From positions 1,408,935-1,472,934 of the forward strand of contig OZ242303.1 in assembly GCA_965207945.1 (NCBI GenBank): a DNA stretch of 64,000 nt, written 5' to 3'. Positions 26,944-36,834 of the stretch are shown here, piece by piece. The position numbers and the translations under genes were made by a program. Source of the DNA: Gammaproteobacteria bacterium (GTDB lineage Bacteria > Pseudomonadota > Gammaproteobacteria > CBDBNL01 > JAAOII01). The notes below the pieces were generated by a model. The model did no database searches and was not told where the DNA came from. It worked only from the letters and a program-made list of their open reading frames with translations. The stretch's first letter is position 1. Every line of letters begins with the position of its first letter.

Positions 26944-27693
26944 ATGAGTAGATTATTTCGTGTAAGACGAAGTTATACCCTGCGAGAAAGAGGGTTGAAA
27001 CAACAGCAACAAACAATTGCTGAAAAAGGTGTAAATATTATTATTCCTTATCAGGAGAAGGCAGTTGACTGGCTTAAGGTATTTGATATTAGGCAGGCAC
27101 CAGGGCTAATAAGCGTTGCGGAAGATAAAACCGATTGGAATTCAGCTATACAACCAGACGTAAGTCCTGCAAGGTTGGTGCTGGAAATTGGTTTTGGCAA
27201 AGGCGAGGTTTTAATTGATGAAGCGATTAAGAAACCTCGTGATTTATTTATAGGTGTTGATGTTTATAGCAGCGGCGTCTCTACTGTTTTGCGAGAGGTG
27301 GAAGCGCAAGACATTAAAAATATTTGCCTTATACAAGCCGATGCAGTGGATGTAGTCCCCGATATGTTTGCGGATAATATTCTGGATGAAGTCAAGATTT
27401 TATTCCCTGACCCCTGGCCTAAAAAACGCCATCATAAACGGAGAATGCTTAGATCTGATTTTATTAATGTCCTCGTCAAAAAGATGAAGGTGGACGGGAT
27501 CCTGCATGTAGCTACTGATTGGGATGAGTATGCCGAAGAAATTCTTGAGGTATTGGAAAGATGTCCTAAACTGAAAAATCTTTTTCCTGGCTATGCAGCT
27601 GGGAGGCAGTTAGATAGGATTGTCACTAATTTTGAGCAGAAGGCAATGAACAGCAGCAGGAATATCTACGAAATGCTATTCAAGAAGATATAA
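26944..27693 (+). CDS. trmB: tRNA (guanine46-N7)-methyltransferase
   Basis: SAM-binding LEIGFGKGE, FIGVDV and LFPDPWPKKRHHKRR, a hallmark TrmB segment. Confidence 0.88.
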   Translation: MSRLFRVRRSYTLRERGLKQQQQTIAEKGVNIIIPYQEKAVDWLKVFDIRQAPGLISVAEDKTDWNSAIQPDVSPARLVLEIGFGKGEVLIDEAIKKPRDLFIGVDVYSSGVSTVLREVEAQDIKNICLIQADAVDVVPDMFADNILDEVKILFPDPWPKKRHHKRRMLRSDFINVLVKKMKVDGILHVATDWDEYAEEILEVLERCPKLKNLFPGYAAGRQLDRIVTNFEQKAMNSSRNIYEMLFKKI

Positions 27694-27822
27694 ACGCGGA
27701 TAGCGGATATATAAGGGGGATGGGAGCTGCTGCCCCTATTGCCCCATATACTTAAAGATTTTGCTGAAATGCCTTTTGGTGGTGGAAGCTGCTGCCCCTA
27801 TTGCCTCCCTCCTATTACCCCC

Positions 27823-29838
27823 CTAGTGAGTGAGCGAAGTAATCTTGCTGTAGATGTGTTTGGTTGTAAGCCCAAAATGCTCAAATAATTCACTAGCAGG
27901 CGCCGATTTGCCAAAGGAGTTAATCCCTATAATCTCGCCCTGCAACCCAACGTAACGATGCCAGTAATATGGCATTGCCGCTTCTACTGCTAGACGTTTG
28001 ACAACCTTTGGTGGCAAAACCTTGTCGCGATATTCAGGCGACTGGGCATCAAATACTTCACAACAAGGCATGGATACCAATCTTACTTGCTTGTTGCCTC
28101 CTTTTGTTAGGTCCTCTTTATTATGTTGTTCCACGGCTTGACGGGCTGCGCCTAATTCCGAACCAGTAGCAATAACTATAGCGGCTGGCTCAGAGCTATT
28201 TCCCTCCTCAACTAAAATATAGCCGCCTTTAGCAATATCATTAATTTGTGATTCATCACGCGATTGAAATTCAAGATTCTGACGCGATAGTATTAAAGCG
28301 CTCGGGGATTGTTTTTGCAATGACTCCGTCCAAGCAACCGCGCACTCAACAGTATCCGCTGGACGCCATACCTCAATGCCGGGAGTGGTGCGTAGCATTG
28401 TTAGATGTTCTATTGGTTGATGGGTAGGTCCATCCTCGCCCACGCCAATTGAGTCGTGGCTAAAAATAAATATAACCTTCTGGCGCATCAAAGCCGCCAA
28501 ACGCACTGCGCTACGTGAGTAATCCAGAAATACTAAAAAGGTGCCTCCATAAGGGATATATCCACCATGCAAGGCAATACCATTCATTATTGAGCTCATC
28601 GCTAACTCACGCACTCCATAATTAATATAGTTGCCAGGTTTGCCGTTATCAGTTATGGCAACAGATAAATCACCGAGTGTGCAGTTGGAGCCGCTAAGAT
28701 CTGCCGAGCCGCCGAGCAACTCAGGTAGTGCAGGCAGCAAGTTATTAATTGCTTGTAAGGATGCCTGGCGGCTAGCCACTGAGGCAGCTGATTTATGCTG
28801 ACTAACAATAAAGTCCTGCGCCTTGTTAGCAAAATCATGCGGCATTTGCCCGCTCAATCTTCTTGTATATTCTTTTGCTTTAGCGGGATGAGCAGCGCTA
28901 TACTTAGCGTAAATATCTTCCCATTGTTGCTGCGCCTTTTTGCCCTTGTCGCGCATATTCCATTCTTGATATATTTCGTCTGTAATCACAAATGGCTCGT
29001 GTTGCCAGTCAAGTTTACTACGCATAAGAGCAATTTCTTCATCGCCTAAGGGCGCGCCATGCGCTGCTGCCTTGTCCGCCTTATTCGGCGAACCATAACC
29101 TATATGCGTCTTGCAGATGATTAAGGATGGCTTATCGCTTTGCTGAGCAGAGGCAATCGCCTTTCTAATTTGCTCATGGTCATGTCCGTCTATGGGACCT
29201 AAGACCTCCCAATTATAAGCATCAAATCTTTTTGCCACATCATCGTGACACCAGCCACTAACCTCGCCATCTATGGAGATGCCGTTATCATCAAAAAAGC
29301 AAATTAGCTTGTTGAGTCGTTGAGTTCCTGCCAAAGAGCACGCCTCATGGGATAGACCTTCCATAAGACAACCATCGCCAGCAAATACATAAGTGAAGTG
29401 GGATACTATATTAAGTTCTGGGAGATTGAACTCTGCCGCAAGATTGCGCTCGGCAAGTGCCATGCCAACCGCGTTTGCCAAACCCTGCCCTAAAGGACCT
29501 GTGGTGGTTTCAACCCCTACTGTTTCTAATTCGGGATGGCCGGGAGTTTGTGAATTCATTTGGCGAAAGTTTTTAATCTCTTCCATGCTGAGGTCATAAC
29601 CACTAAGATGAAGCAAAGCATATTGCAGCATTGAACCATGCCCATTGGAAAGAATGAACCTGTCGCGGTTATGCCAGTTAGGGTCGGCGGGATTATGCGC
29701 TAGAAACTCACGCCATAAAACTGTGGCAATATCAGCCATCCCCATTGGCATGCCAGGATGTCCCGATGAGGCACGTTGGACCGCATCCGCAGCCAACACC
29801 CTTAGCGGGTGGGCAAGTGATAAATCAGAGTTTTTCAT
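27823..29838 (-). CDS. tkt: Transketolase
   Basis: 671-aa ORF with the ThDP motif GDGCLMEG, RQ..SGHPG and a transketolase C-domain. Confidence 0.92.
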   Translation of the reverse strand: MKNSDLSLAHPLRVLAADAVQRASSGHPGMPMGMADIATVLWREFLAHNPADPNWHNRDRFILSNGHGSMLQYALLHLSGYDLSMEEIKNFRQMNSQTPGHPELETVGVETTTGPLGQGLANAVGMALAERNLAAEFNLPELNIVSHFTYVFAGDGCLMEGLSHEACSLAGTQRLNKLICFFDDNGISIDGEVSGWCHDDVAKRFDAYNWEVLGPIDGHDHEQIRKAIASAQQSDKPSLIICKTHIGYGSPNKADKAAAHGAPLGDEEIALMRSKLDWQHEPFVITDEIYQEWNMRDKGKKAQQQWEDIYAKYSAAHPAKAKEYTRRLSGQMPHDFANKAQDFIVSQHKSAASVASRQASLQAINNLLPALPELLGGSADLSGSNCTLGDLSVAITDNGKPGNYINYGVRELAMSSIMNGIALHGGYIPYGGTFLVFLDYSRSAVRLAALMRQKVIFIFSHDSIGVGEDGPTHQPIEHLTMLRTTPGIEVWRPADTVECAVAWTESLQKQSPSALILSRQNLEFQSRDESQINDIAKGGYILVEEGNSSEPAAIVIATGSELGAARQAVEQHNKEDLTKGGNKQVRLVSMPCCEVFDAQSPEYRDKVLPPKVVKRLAVEAAMPYYWHRYVGLQGEIIGINSFGKSAPASELFEHFGLTTKHIYSKITSLTH

Positions 29839-31510
29839 TACAAGCCGAAATCAAAAATTGAGTTAATAAAGGAACAGGTCGTCCAGTAGCTCCTTTTCTT
29901 GCCCCCTCAAGCCAAGCGGTGCCTGCTATATCAAGATGAACCCAGGGGTATGCTTGAGCAAACTCTGCCAAAAAACCTGCGGCGGTTATAGTGCCTGCAG
30001 AACGATTGCCCACATTGGCGATGTCGGCGAAGTTACTTTTCATATCTTCCATATATGCTTTATCCATAGGCAAACGCCAAACTAAATCACGAGTTAGATT
30101 GGCAGCTTTTTCTACTTGGCGCGCCAACGCATCATCGTTGGCAAACATCCCACTTCTGAGATGTCCAAGGGCTACTACACAAGCCCCGGTTAATGTGGCT
30201 ATGTCTATAACACAACGTGGACTATATTTTTTAGCTACATAGGTTAAGGTGTCGCACAACACCAAACGTCCTTCCGCATCTGTATTGAGAACTTCCACCG
30301 ACTTACCAGACATTGTTGAGAGTATGTCGCCAGGACGATAGGACTTGGCATCCACCGAATTCTCAGCGCCCACTGCCATGCCTACAACATTAATTGGTAA
30401 CCCTAATTCTGCCAGTGCCTTCATTGTGCCAAACACCGAAGCGGCGCCGCACATGTCATATTTCATTTCGTCCATCTTACCCGAGGGCTTGATGCTGACA
30501 CCACCAGTATCAAAAGTCATCCCCTTGCCAACCAAAACCACAGGCGGGGTTGATGCTTTAGCTCCCTTGTATTCCATAATTACCAGCTGAGGAGGATAGG
30601 AACTCCCCTGAGTAACCGCCAGATAGGCATTCATCTTAAGCTGCTGTAGTTGCTTTTCACCAAGCACCTTGCATGAGATTTTTTTATACTGACGCGCCAA
30701 CTGCCTGCCTTGAGATGCTAGATGCGGCGGAGTGCAGTGGTTCGGAGGAGAATTGGCTAGGTCTTTTGCCAGCGCTATACCCTGGGCAATCCCTTGTAAT
30801 TGCTGTAATCTTGGTTTAATTAGCTCGGGTTGCGAATGTAAAATAGTTAGATTAGATGGCACAGGTGATGTGCTCTTCTTGGATTTAAAGTCATCATAAA
30901 TGTAGCTGGAAGCTGCAGCTGCCAAACAAATAGAGTCCAACACGGGCGAAGAATAATCTACGGAGTGTTTGGCTGCTGGCAACTTTGACTTGGAACTTGC
31001 TTGGCTAATAACGCGGCCACCTTTCTTAACCTCAATGCGCAGCCCAGAGAACTTTGCCATTGCCTTACTTATGCTGGCTTGCATTTTTGCGCTCATTTCA
31101 CTTGCTAGCTCCACCCCTTCACAACATATTTGCGCTTTATTCGCATGAGTTTGGCGTAGGGCAGTTTTAAGAGGAATAGCCAGCTTGCTAAGGGCTAGCT
31201 CGGATAACGGCTTGTCGCCGCAAGATATAGCTGTTAATTTATCTGAAAGATGCCACACTTCGCCAAATCTGTTCTTGTCGCTGCTTGCAATTTCATCAAG
31301 GGACTTGCGCGCCGCTGCGCTCAGCTGGTTATATAGCCAAGTCGGGCAAGCACTGGCGCTGGTGGTGGCGGTTTTGCTTTGCTTAGCGGTTTTGCTTTGC
31401 TTCTTGCTTAATTCGTTATGTTTTTCGCCACCCTGCTTAAGGATGATAATAGCCGCCTGGTCACCCTGCAACTTGGAGCTTGCTGATAATTTAATTGATT
31501 GCCTTGCCAT
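29825..31510 (-). CDS. pepA: Leucyl aminopeptidase (M17) with a Lys/Ser-rich ~50 aa N-terminal extension
   Basis: NTDAEGRL motif and a VGKGMTFDTGG catalytic domain. There is a SKKQSKTAKQSKT repeat at the N-terminus. Confidence 0.85.
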   Translation of the reverse strand: MARQSIKLSASSKLQGDQAAIIILKQGGEKHNELSKKQSKTAKQSKTATTSASACPTWLYNQLSAAARKSLDEIASSDKNRFGEVWHLSDKLTAISCGDKPLSELALSKLAIPLKTALRQTHANKAQICCEGVELASEMSAKMQASISKAMAKFSGLRIEVKKGGRVISQASSKSKLPAAKHSVDYSSPVLDSICLAAAASSYIYDDFKSKKSTSPVPSNLTILHSQPELIKPRLQQLQGIAQGIALAKDLANSPPNHCTPPHLASQGRQLARQYKKISCKVLGEKQLQQLKMNAYLAVTQGSSYPPQLVIMEYKGAKASTPPVVLVGKGMTFDTGGVSIKPSGKMDEMKYDMCGAASVFGTMKALAELGLPINVVGMAVGAENSVDAKSYRPGDILSTMSGKSVEVLNTDAEGRLVLCDTLTYVAKKYSPRCVIDIATLTGACVVALGHLRSGMFANDDALARQVEKAANLTRDLVWRLPMDKAYMEDMKSNFADIANVGNRSAGTITAAGFLAEFAQAYPWVHLDIAGTAWLEGARKGATGRPVPLLTQFLISACNEKL

Positions 31511-31764
31511 ATAATTTTTCTGCTAAAGAGATACTCTGTTGTTTTAACTTAACTATTGTAGGAGACGAGATATATTCCCGTATATTCTCCTATATATCCA
31601 TACATACCCTCCCCATGGCTTATCCCGTTAGGTGGAAGGTTTAATAATACCTCACCTATTTTTTTGACAAACTCACTATTGAAATTATAGGATAAAATAA
31701 ATCTTATTTGCTATTATTCCTTAAAAACTTATTAAAATAATTCAATGCAATATAATTCAATGCA

Positions 31765-32700
31765 ATGCTATATAGCGCGATAATAACCACCGTCTCATCT
31801 AAAGAAGAGAGCAATCAAGGACGCGCAAATTTTTTGAAAATGGCTTTGACTTCTGTGATGCAACAAACCTTGCCACCAACAGAGATTCTCATAGTTTATG
31901 ATTATCCTTATGGAGAGGGGATGGGAGTTGGGACGGGAGTGGGCGCACCAATTCCCAAGCATCCCGACAGCGGCAAGCCAATCAATATAACCACTCTGCC
32001 ATCTGAAGGACGTGGAATCAGTGCCTCACGCAATACAGGGATTAAGCATTCTTGTGAACCTTGGTTGGCTTTCCTGGACGATGATGATGAATGGCTACCA
32101 CGCAAGATGGAGAAGCAAGCCAAACTTATCAAGCATGAGACGCAACAAGGAATGAATTCTTTAATGAACCCCTTGATGAATCCTTTGATATGTCATGCGG
32201 ACGAAAAATGGCGACGCCATGGCGAGCATGTTAATCCACATCTAAAACATCGCAAGAGTGGTGGCAGAATTTATGAAAAATGTCTGGAGCTGTGCTGCAT
32301 ATCGCCCTCTACTGTCCTTATGCAACGCGAGGTGTTTGATAAATATGGATTATTTGATGAAAAGATGCCGGTGTGTGAAGATTATGATATGTGGCTGAGA
32401 ATTTGCGCTTATGAAGACGTGCTGTTTGTCCCTGAAAAATTGACGCTAAAAAGGGGCGGGCATGCCGACCAGCTATCACGCAAATATTGGGGCATGGACA
32501 GGTTTCGCTGTTATGCCTTGAAAAAGATGCTGCTACAATCCGAACTTACTGCTGATTATCGGCAGGCAACCAAAAATGCGTTGCAAAAACGGCTAGAAAT
32601 ATTATCTATTGGAGCGCGTAAACGTGACAAACAACAACACCTAAATTATTACCAAGAGCAAATCCAACAATTGCAAAAACAAGATGCCCAACCTACCTAG
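31765..32700 (+). CDS. Family-2 glycosyltransferase with low-complexity inserts
   Basis: GT-A fold N-terminus (ILIVYD...), a DxD motif LDDDDEW, and GMGVGTGVG and MNSLMNPLMNPL inserts. Confidence 0.65.
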   Translation: MLYSAIITTVSSKEESNQGRANFLKMALTSVMQQTLPPTEILIVYDYPYGEGMGVGTGVGAPIPKHPDSGKPINITTLPSEGRGISASRNTGIKHSCEPWLAFLDDDDEWLPRKMEKQAKLIKHETQQGMNSLMNPLMNPLICHADEKWRRHGEHVNPHLKHRKSGGRIYEKCLELCCISPSTVLMQREVFDKYGLFDEKMPVCEDYDMWLRICAYEDVLFVPEKLTLKRGGHADQLSRKYWGMDRFRCYALKKMLLQSELTADYRQATKNALQKRLEILSIGARKRDKQQHLNYYQEQIQQLQKQDAQPT

Positions 32701-33622
32701 CCCATCTAGCTCACTAATCCCAATTTGTTATGTTATAGCTCTGGCAGCTGAAGCCCGCCCGCTGCTTGACCGCTGGAAGTTCACCCAGTTGGAATCCACT
32801 CCCTTTCCTCTATACTACTGCGAACAACAAAATTACTTCTTAGTGGTAAGCGGCATGGGGAAGGTGCGCAGTGCTGCGGCTACTTCCTACTTAGCGAGTA
32901 AAGTCAATCCCTTGCGGGCTCAAGCGACACCACCCGCAATATGGATTAATTTTGGCACCTGCGGTCATCATAATTACCCGCTGGGGCAAGGGCTATTAGT
33001 TCATAAAATAATTGACATAAGCAACGGAAATAATTATTATCCGCTACGGCTACCCTACTCTGCATCTGCAACTATTGAATGCCATGCTACATCTCAACGC
33101 GAATACCCGCAGGAGGGGGATATCATAGATATGGAAAGCGCTGGCTTCTTCCCCACCGCCTGTTTGTTTAGCCCAAACGAACTGGTGCACTTGTATAAGG
33201 TGGTATCAGACAATGCTGATAATCTGCCTACAAAGCCGGCGTTAATGCAAAAAAGAATAATCCCTCTGCTAATGGAACGCATACCTGAGTTGCACATCAT
33301 AAGCGACAAGCTGCGCGCCATAGCAAGCAAAGAGTTTGATGAGGGGCACAAAATGGCGCAACAGATTGAAAAATGGCAACTTGATTTTACTGCTGCATGT
33401 CGTTGGACTACAACCCAAAGAATTCAATTGCAGGGACTGCTAAGAAAATGGTATGTTGTGTATTACGCTGTGGTTAGTGCGCGGACTTCTGCCCCAGCAA
33501 AGCAGCTAAAGCAATCAAAGCAGCCAAAATATAAGGCACCTTATGAAATATGTACGCAAGCAAAAGATGCCAAGCAGATGTTGCAAATATTACAAGATTT
33601 TATACAAAAAGTAAATGGTTGA
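32684..33622 (+). CDS. Purine-nucleoside-phosphorylase / MTA-SAH-nucleosidase-like protein with an extra ~120 aa C-terminal domain
   Basis: N-terminal 190 aa resemble the Pfs/MTAN fold (ICYVIALAAEARPL; VVSGMGKVRSAAATSYL matching SGIGKVNAA; WINFGTCGH). The C-terminus has no recognisable family. It overlaps the GT2 stop by 17 bp. Confidence 0.5.
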   Translation: MPNLPSPSSSLIPICYVIALAAEARPLLDRWKFTQLESTPFPLYYCEQQNYFLVVSGMGKVRSAAATSYLASKVNPLRAQATPPAIWINFGTCGHHNYPLGQGLLVHKIIDISNGNNYYPLRLPYSASATIECHATSQREYPQEGDIIDMESAGFFPTACLFSPNELVHLYKVVSDNADNLPTKPALMQKRIIPLLMERIPELHIISDKLRAIASKEFDEGHKMAQQIEKWQLDFTAACRWTTTQRIQLQGLLRKWYVVYYAVVSARTSAPAKQLKQSKQPKYKAPYEICTQAKDAKQMLQILQDFIQKVNG

Positions 33623-34697
33623 AAAGCAGATGAGTGAGGCACTGGCAATTAAGCCACACGGAGATAAACCTGAGCACGAGAATGTGTCCATGCCCGCCCG
33701 TCAGACCATATATCTTGAACAATCAGTGCGCCATCATCCACGCGCCGCCGCCATCATCAAAAGATTTAACAATCCTTGTGTTATTGAATGTGATAACTAT
33801 CGTGAAATATTCAATCCAAAACGCAATAACTTCCGTTTGCAAAAAAATCATCCCGCCCTGATAATTGCCCGCAAAGAGAACGACTGGGTGCAACCCAGCC
33901 CTTATGGTATAGGCGGCAAGCATAATTTTTACTTCTCACACATGCTGAACTGCATGTATGATTGCAGCTATTGCTTTTTACAGGCAATGTATTCATCGGC
34001 GCACTATGTAATTTTTATCAACTACGAGGACTTCTTCACCGCAATAGAAAAGCAGGTGCAACAAGTGCAACAGTTAAATGGAGGAGATGGAAAGAGTTTT
34101 TTCTTCTCTGGCTATGATTGTGATTCGCTTGCCTACGAGCCAACCAGTAAGTTTGTCGCTGAGGCACTACCCTTCTTTGCCAAACAGCCAAATGCTTGGC
34201 TGGAACTGCGCACTAAAAGCTTGCAAGTCAAAACTCTATTACAGCAAACAGCTATTCCCAATTGCATCGTGGCTTTTAGCATGGCGCCAGATGCAGTAGC
34301 CCGCCAATATGAAAAGGGCACACCGACACCAAGCAAAAGATTACTCGCAATGAAAAAATTGGCGCAACGCGACTGGAAGATTGGAGCACGTTTAGACCCA
34401 TTGATATGGCATGATAAATGGCAAGAATCCTACAGCGAACTAATAGAACAACTTGCCACCGCAGTCCCCAACAAAGCAATGCACTCCATAACCCTTGGTA
34501 CTCTAAGATTTCCGCGCAGCATGGCAGCAACAATGTCGCGCCACTACCCAACCGCGCCCTTTTTAGTAAATAAAATGATAACTACCGACTCCGCCCTACA
34601 GATGCAAAAGGCAGCCCATGATGAGATGATAGAATTCTGCCGCAGTCGCCTATCCCAAAACTACGACGACGCCAAAATCATCCCCAACGCAATATAA
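33615..34697 (+). CDS. Radical SAM enzyme of the spore-photoproduct-lyase-like family
   Basis: CMYDCSYCFLQ has CX3CX2C followed by the FLQ context typical of the SPL family. 360-aa ORF whose start overlaps the preceding gene by 8 bp. Confidence 0.6.
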   Translation: MVEKQMSEALAIKPHGDKPEHENVSMPARQTIYLEQSVRHHPRAAAIIKRFNNPCVIECDNYREIFNPKRNNFRLQKNHPALIIARKENDWVQPSPYGIGGKHNFYFSHMLNCMYDCSYCFLQAMYSSAHYVIFINYEDFFTAIEKQVQQVQQLNGGDGKSFFFSGYDCDSLAYEPTSKFVAEALPFFAKQPNAWLELRTKSLQVKTLLQQTAIPNCIVAFSMAPDAVARQYEKGTPTPSKRLLAMKKLAQRDWKIGARLDPLIWHDKWQESYSELIEQLATAVPNKAMHSITLGTLRFPRSMAATMSRHYPTAPFLVNKMITTDSALQMQKAAHDEMIEFCRSRLSQNYDDAKIIPNAI

Positions 34698-34701
34698 AGT
34701 T

Positions 34702-35115
34702 CTACTTCTTCTCTTCTGGCAAACTAGCAAACAGCTCGTGAATATTACCATCTGGGTCAGCAAAAAAAGCCGTTCTATGTCCCCATGGCATATCAGCTGG
34801 TTGTGCTACCTCTTTAGCTCCTTTAGCAAGTATTTCTTTATATGTCTCGTCCACTTGCGCTGGAGTATCAATAATAAAAGCTAATTCAAACGTCTGTCCC
34901 TTCTTTGGCTCATTGTAGCTGGGATGACGGGTAAACTCAGCCATGACTTTATTAGTGGAAATACCAAAACGTGTGCCAGGCATTTTAAACTCCACATAAT
35001 CACCCTCCATCTCAAAGATAACCTCAAGACCGATAACATCATGATAGAATGCTCTCATCTCAGCAAAATTGCTTGTGATGATTCCCACCATATCCATTTT
35101 TAAAGTTAATTTCAT
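34702..35115 (-). CDS. VOC/glyoxalase-family protein
   Basis: About 138 aa from the internal Met (MKLTLKMDMVGIITSNF...), with paired beta-alpha-beta-beta-beta modules and H/E metal ligands. Confidence 0.55.
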   Translation of the reverse strand: MKLTLKMDMVGIITSNFAEMRAFYHDVIGLEVIFEMEGDYVEFKMPGTRFGISTNKVMAEFTRHPSYNEPKKGQTFELAFIIDTPAQVDETYKEILAKGAKEVAQPADMPWGHRTAFFADPDGNIHELFASLPEEKK

Positions 35116-35248
35116 AATAAAAATTATAACATGGTGGTATAAGTGAGGGGGTATAGCTGGGAGGCATATACGAGTGCCTGAACTCGTCTGCAAAACAGAC
35201 GAAAGTGTTAAGCATTAAGTAAGTAAATAATTAGTATAATATACTATT

Positions 35249-35674
35249 ATGAAAATTCAATCTTATATTAACTTCAACGGCAATACCGAAGAAGCATTCA
35301 AGTACTACAAATCAATCTTTGGTGGAAACTTTAGTGAACTACAAAGATTTAAAGATATGCCTGGCTCAGAGAAAATGCCAAAGGAAGCCCTAAAGCAAAT
35401 TCTATATATATCACTACCAATCGGCGATGGCGTTTTAATGGGTAGCGATGCAATGGGTCATCCAGTTACCGCTGCCAATAACTTCTCCATAACTATTCAA
35501 CCAGACAGCAAAAAAGAAGCAAGTAGAATATTCAATGCTCTGGCAAAAGGAGGCAAAACCAAAAGACCATTAGGTGATATGAAGATGGAACCAGAAGGTT
35601 CTTTTTGGAGTTCCTACTTTGGTGTATGCACCGATAAGTACGACATAAACTGGATAGTTCGCTACGGAAATTAG
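35249..35674 (+). CDS. PhnB/YjdN-like glyoxalase-fold protein
   Basis: 141-aa ORF. Its N-terminus (INFNGNTEEAFKYYKSIFGG) is typical of the PhnB-like 3-demethylubiquinone-9 3-methyltransferase-domain family. Confidence 0.55.
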   Translation: MKIQSYINFNGNTEEAFKYYKSIFGGNFSELQRFKDMPGSEKMPKEALKQILYISLPIGDGVLMGSDAMGHPVTAANNFSITIQPDSKKEASRIFNALAKGGKTKRPLGDMKMEPEGSFWSSYFGVCTDKYDINWIVRYGN

Positions 35675-35760
35675 GGGGAGATAGCAATGGGTGGGATAAT
35701 GCCAAACTAATGTGAAGCGAGCATGGTGCGGGTAGAAATTATTAGCTTAGTTTTGTTTAT

Positions 35761-35829
35761 GGGGCGAGTACCTTGCGGGTGGAGCACGGCTCCGCCCCTA
35801 CAGACCAGCATCGCAAGAATTTATGCATT
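35761..35829. repeat. Second copy of the REP-like element (head plus one unit)
   Basis: gcgggtggagcacggctccgcccctacagacc-agcatcgcaagaatttatgcat matches the 7361-7425 head plus first unit. Confidence 0.75.
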
Positions 35830-35881
35830 AAGTATAAATTTTTATTTGATATAAGGGGTTAGTGAGGTATATAATAAGCTT

Positions 35882-36220
35882 ATGGCTAAGAAAGCAGCTA
35901 AGGCGCGCGGCAAGGGCGTCAGTAGGAAAGGCGGGATAGTATTTACTATCGCCGGGTTAATCTTTCTTGCGATTACGGCAGTCAATATTAAGTATATTTT
36001 TTCGGGGGAGGAAAATATATTTTTACTGGGTAATATTAAAAAAGAGATTACGCGAACTCAAAGTAAGGTTGATGACCTCACTGAAGAGAACAAAGCAAAG
36101 AAAGAATATATTGATAACTTACGTAATGACCCACAAATAATTGAAGAGGAAGCACGACGTAGTTTGAATTTAGTTAAAGATGATGAAACCCTTTTCGTTT
36201 TTCCTGACGAGGAAAAGTAA
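35882..36220 (+). CDS. ftsB: Cell division protein FtsB (septum formation initiator)
   Basis: 112-aa ORF with a single N-terminal TM helix and a coiled coil (LTEENKAKKEYIDNLRNDPQIIEEEAR). Confidence 0.7.
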   Translation: MAKKAAKARGKGVSRKGGIVFTIAGLIFLAITAVNIKYIFSGEENIFLLGNIKKEITRTQSKVDDLTEENKAKKEYIDNLRNDPQIIEEEARRSLNLVKDDETLFVFPDEEK

Positions 36221-36290
36221 CTTTATCTCCTGTCAGTCATCCCTGCTGACTGTTCCCCCAATATTTCCCCCCCGCTTCGTATTCAGTTAG

Positions 36291-36734
36291 TTATCTTTTG
36301 TAGCGGTCTTTGATTCGTCTTAGAGTGCGTAGCTGTCCGACTGCTTCTATGAGTTTGGCACGGGTGAGAGCGTATTCTTTTGCCTCCATTTTATCTTTAG
36401 AGTTGAGTTCTTCGGCTGCCACTTTTCTTGCTTCTTCAGCTGCTTCTTCGCTTAGTCCTTGCTCGCGCAGTGCTTCATCGGCAAGGATGTGGACGCTATC
36501 TGGCTGCACTTCTAAGAAGCCGCCTTTGATATAGAATATATCTTCTTCGCCACCTTTTTTGCGCAGTTGCACTGGTCCTGGCATTAATTCTGTAAGTAAG
36601 GGCGCGTGGCCTGGCAGAATGCCAAGTTCACCGCGCACGCCTGTAGCAGTGAGTTCTTCTATCTCGCCACGATATATTTCTTCGCGCATGCTGGTAATAA
36701 AGCATTGTGTGGTTTTTGCGTTATCTTGTTCCAT
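36291..36734 (-). CDS. atpC: F0F1 ATP synthase epsilon subunit, stand-alone
   Basis: TGVRGELGILPGHAPLLTELMPGPVQLRKKGGEEDIFYIKGGFLEVQPDSVHILAD aligns with E. coli AtpC. The start is moved to MEQDN. No atpD lies upstream. Confidence 0.8.
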   Translation of the reverse strand: MEQDNAKTTQCFITSMREEIYRGEIEELTATGVRGELGILPGHAPLLTELMPGPVQLRKKGGEEDIFYIKGGFLEVQPDSVHILADEALREQGLSEEAAEEARKVAAEELNSKDKMEAKEYALTRAKLIEAVGQLRTLRRIKDRYKR

Positions 36735-36834
36735 AGAGGTTATTTTACATGTTTTGCGGGTGCGATTCAAGCAATATACAGAAATTTATCATTTATAATA
36801 ATGGAATGAGATTACTGAATCTATATCCGCGCTG

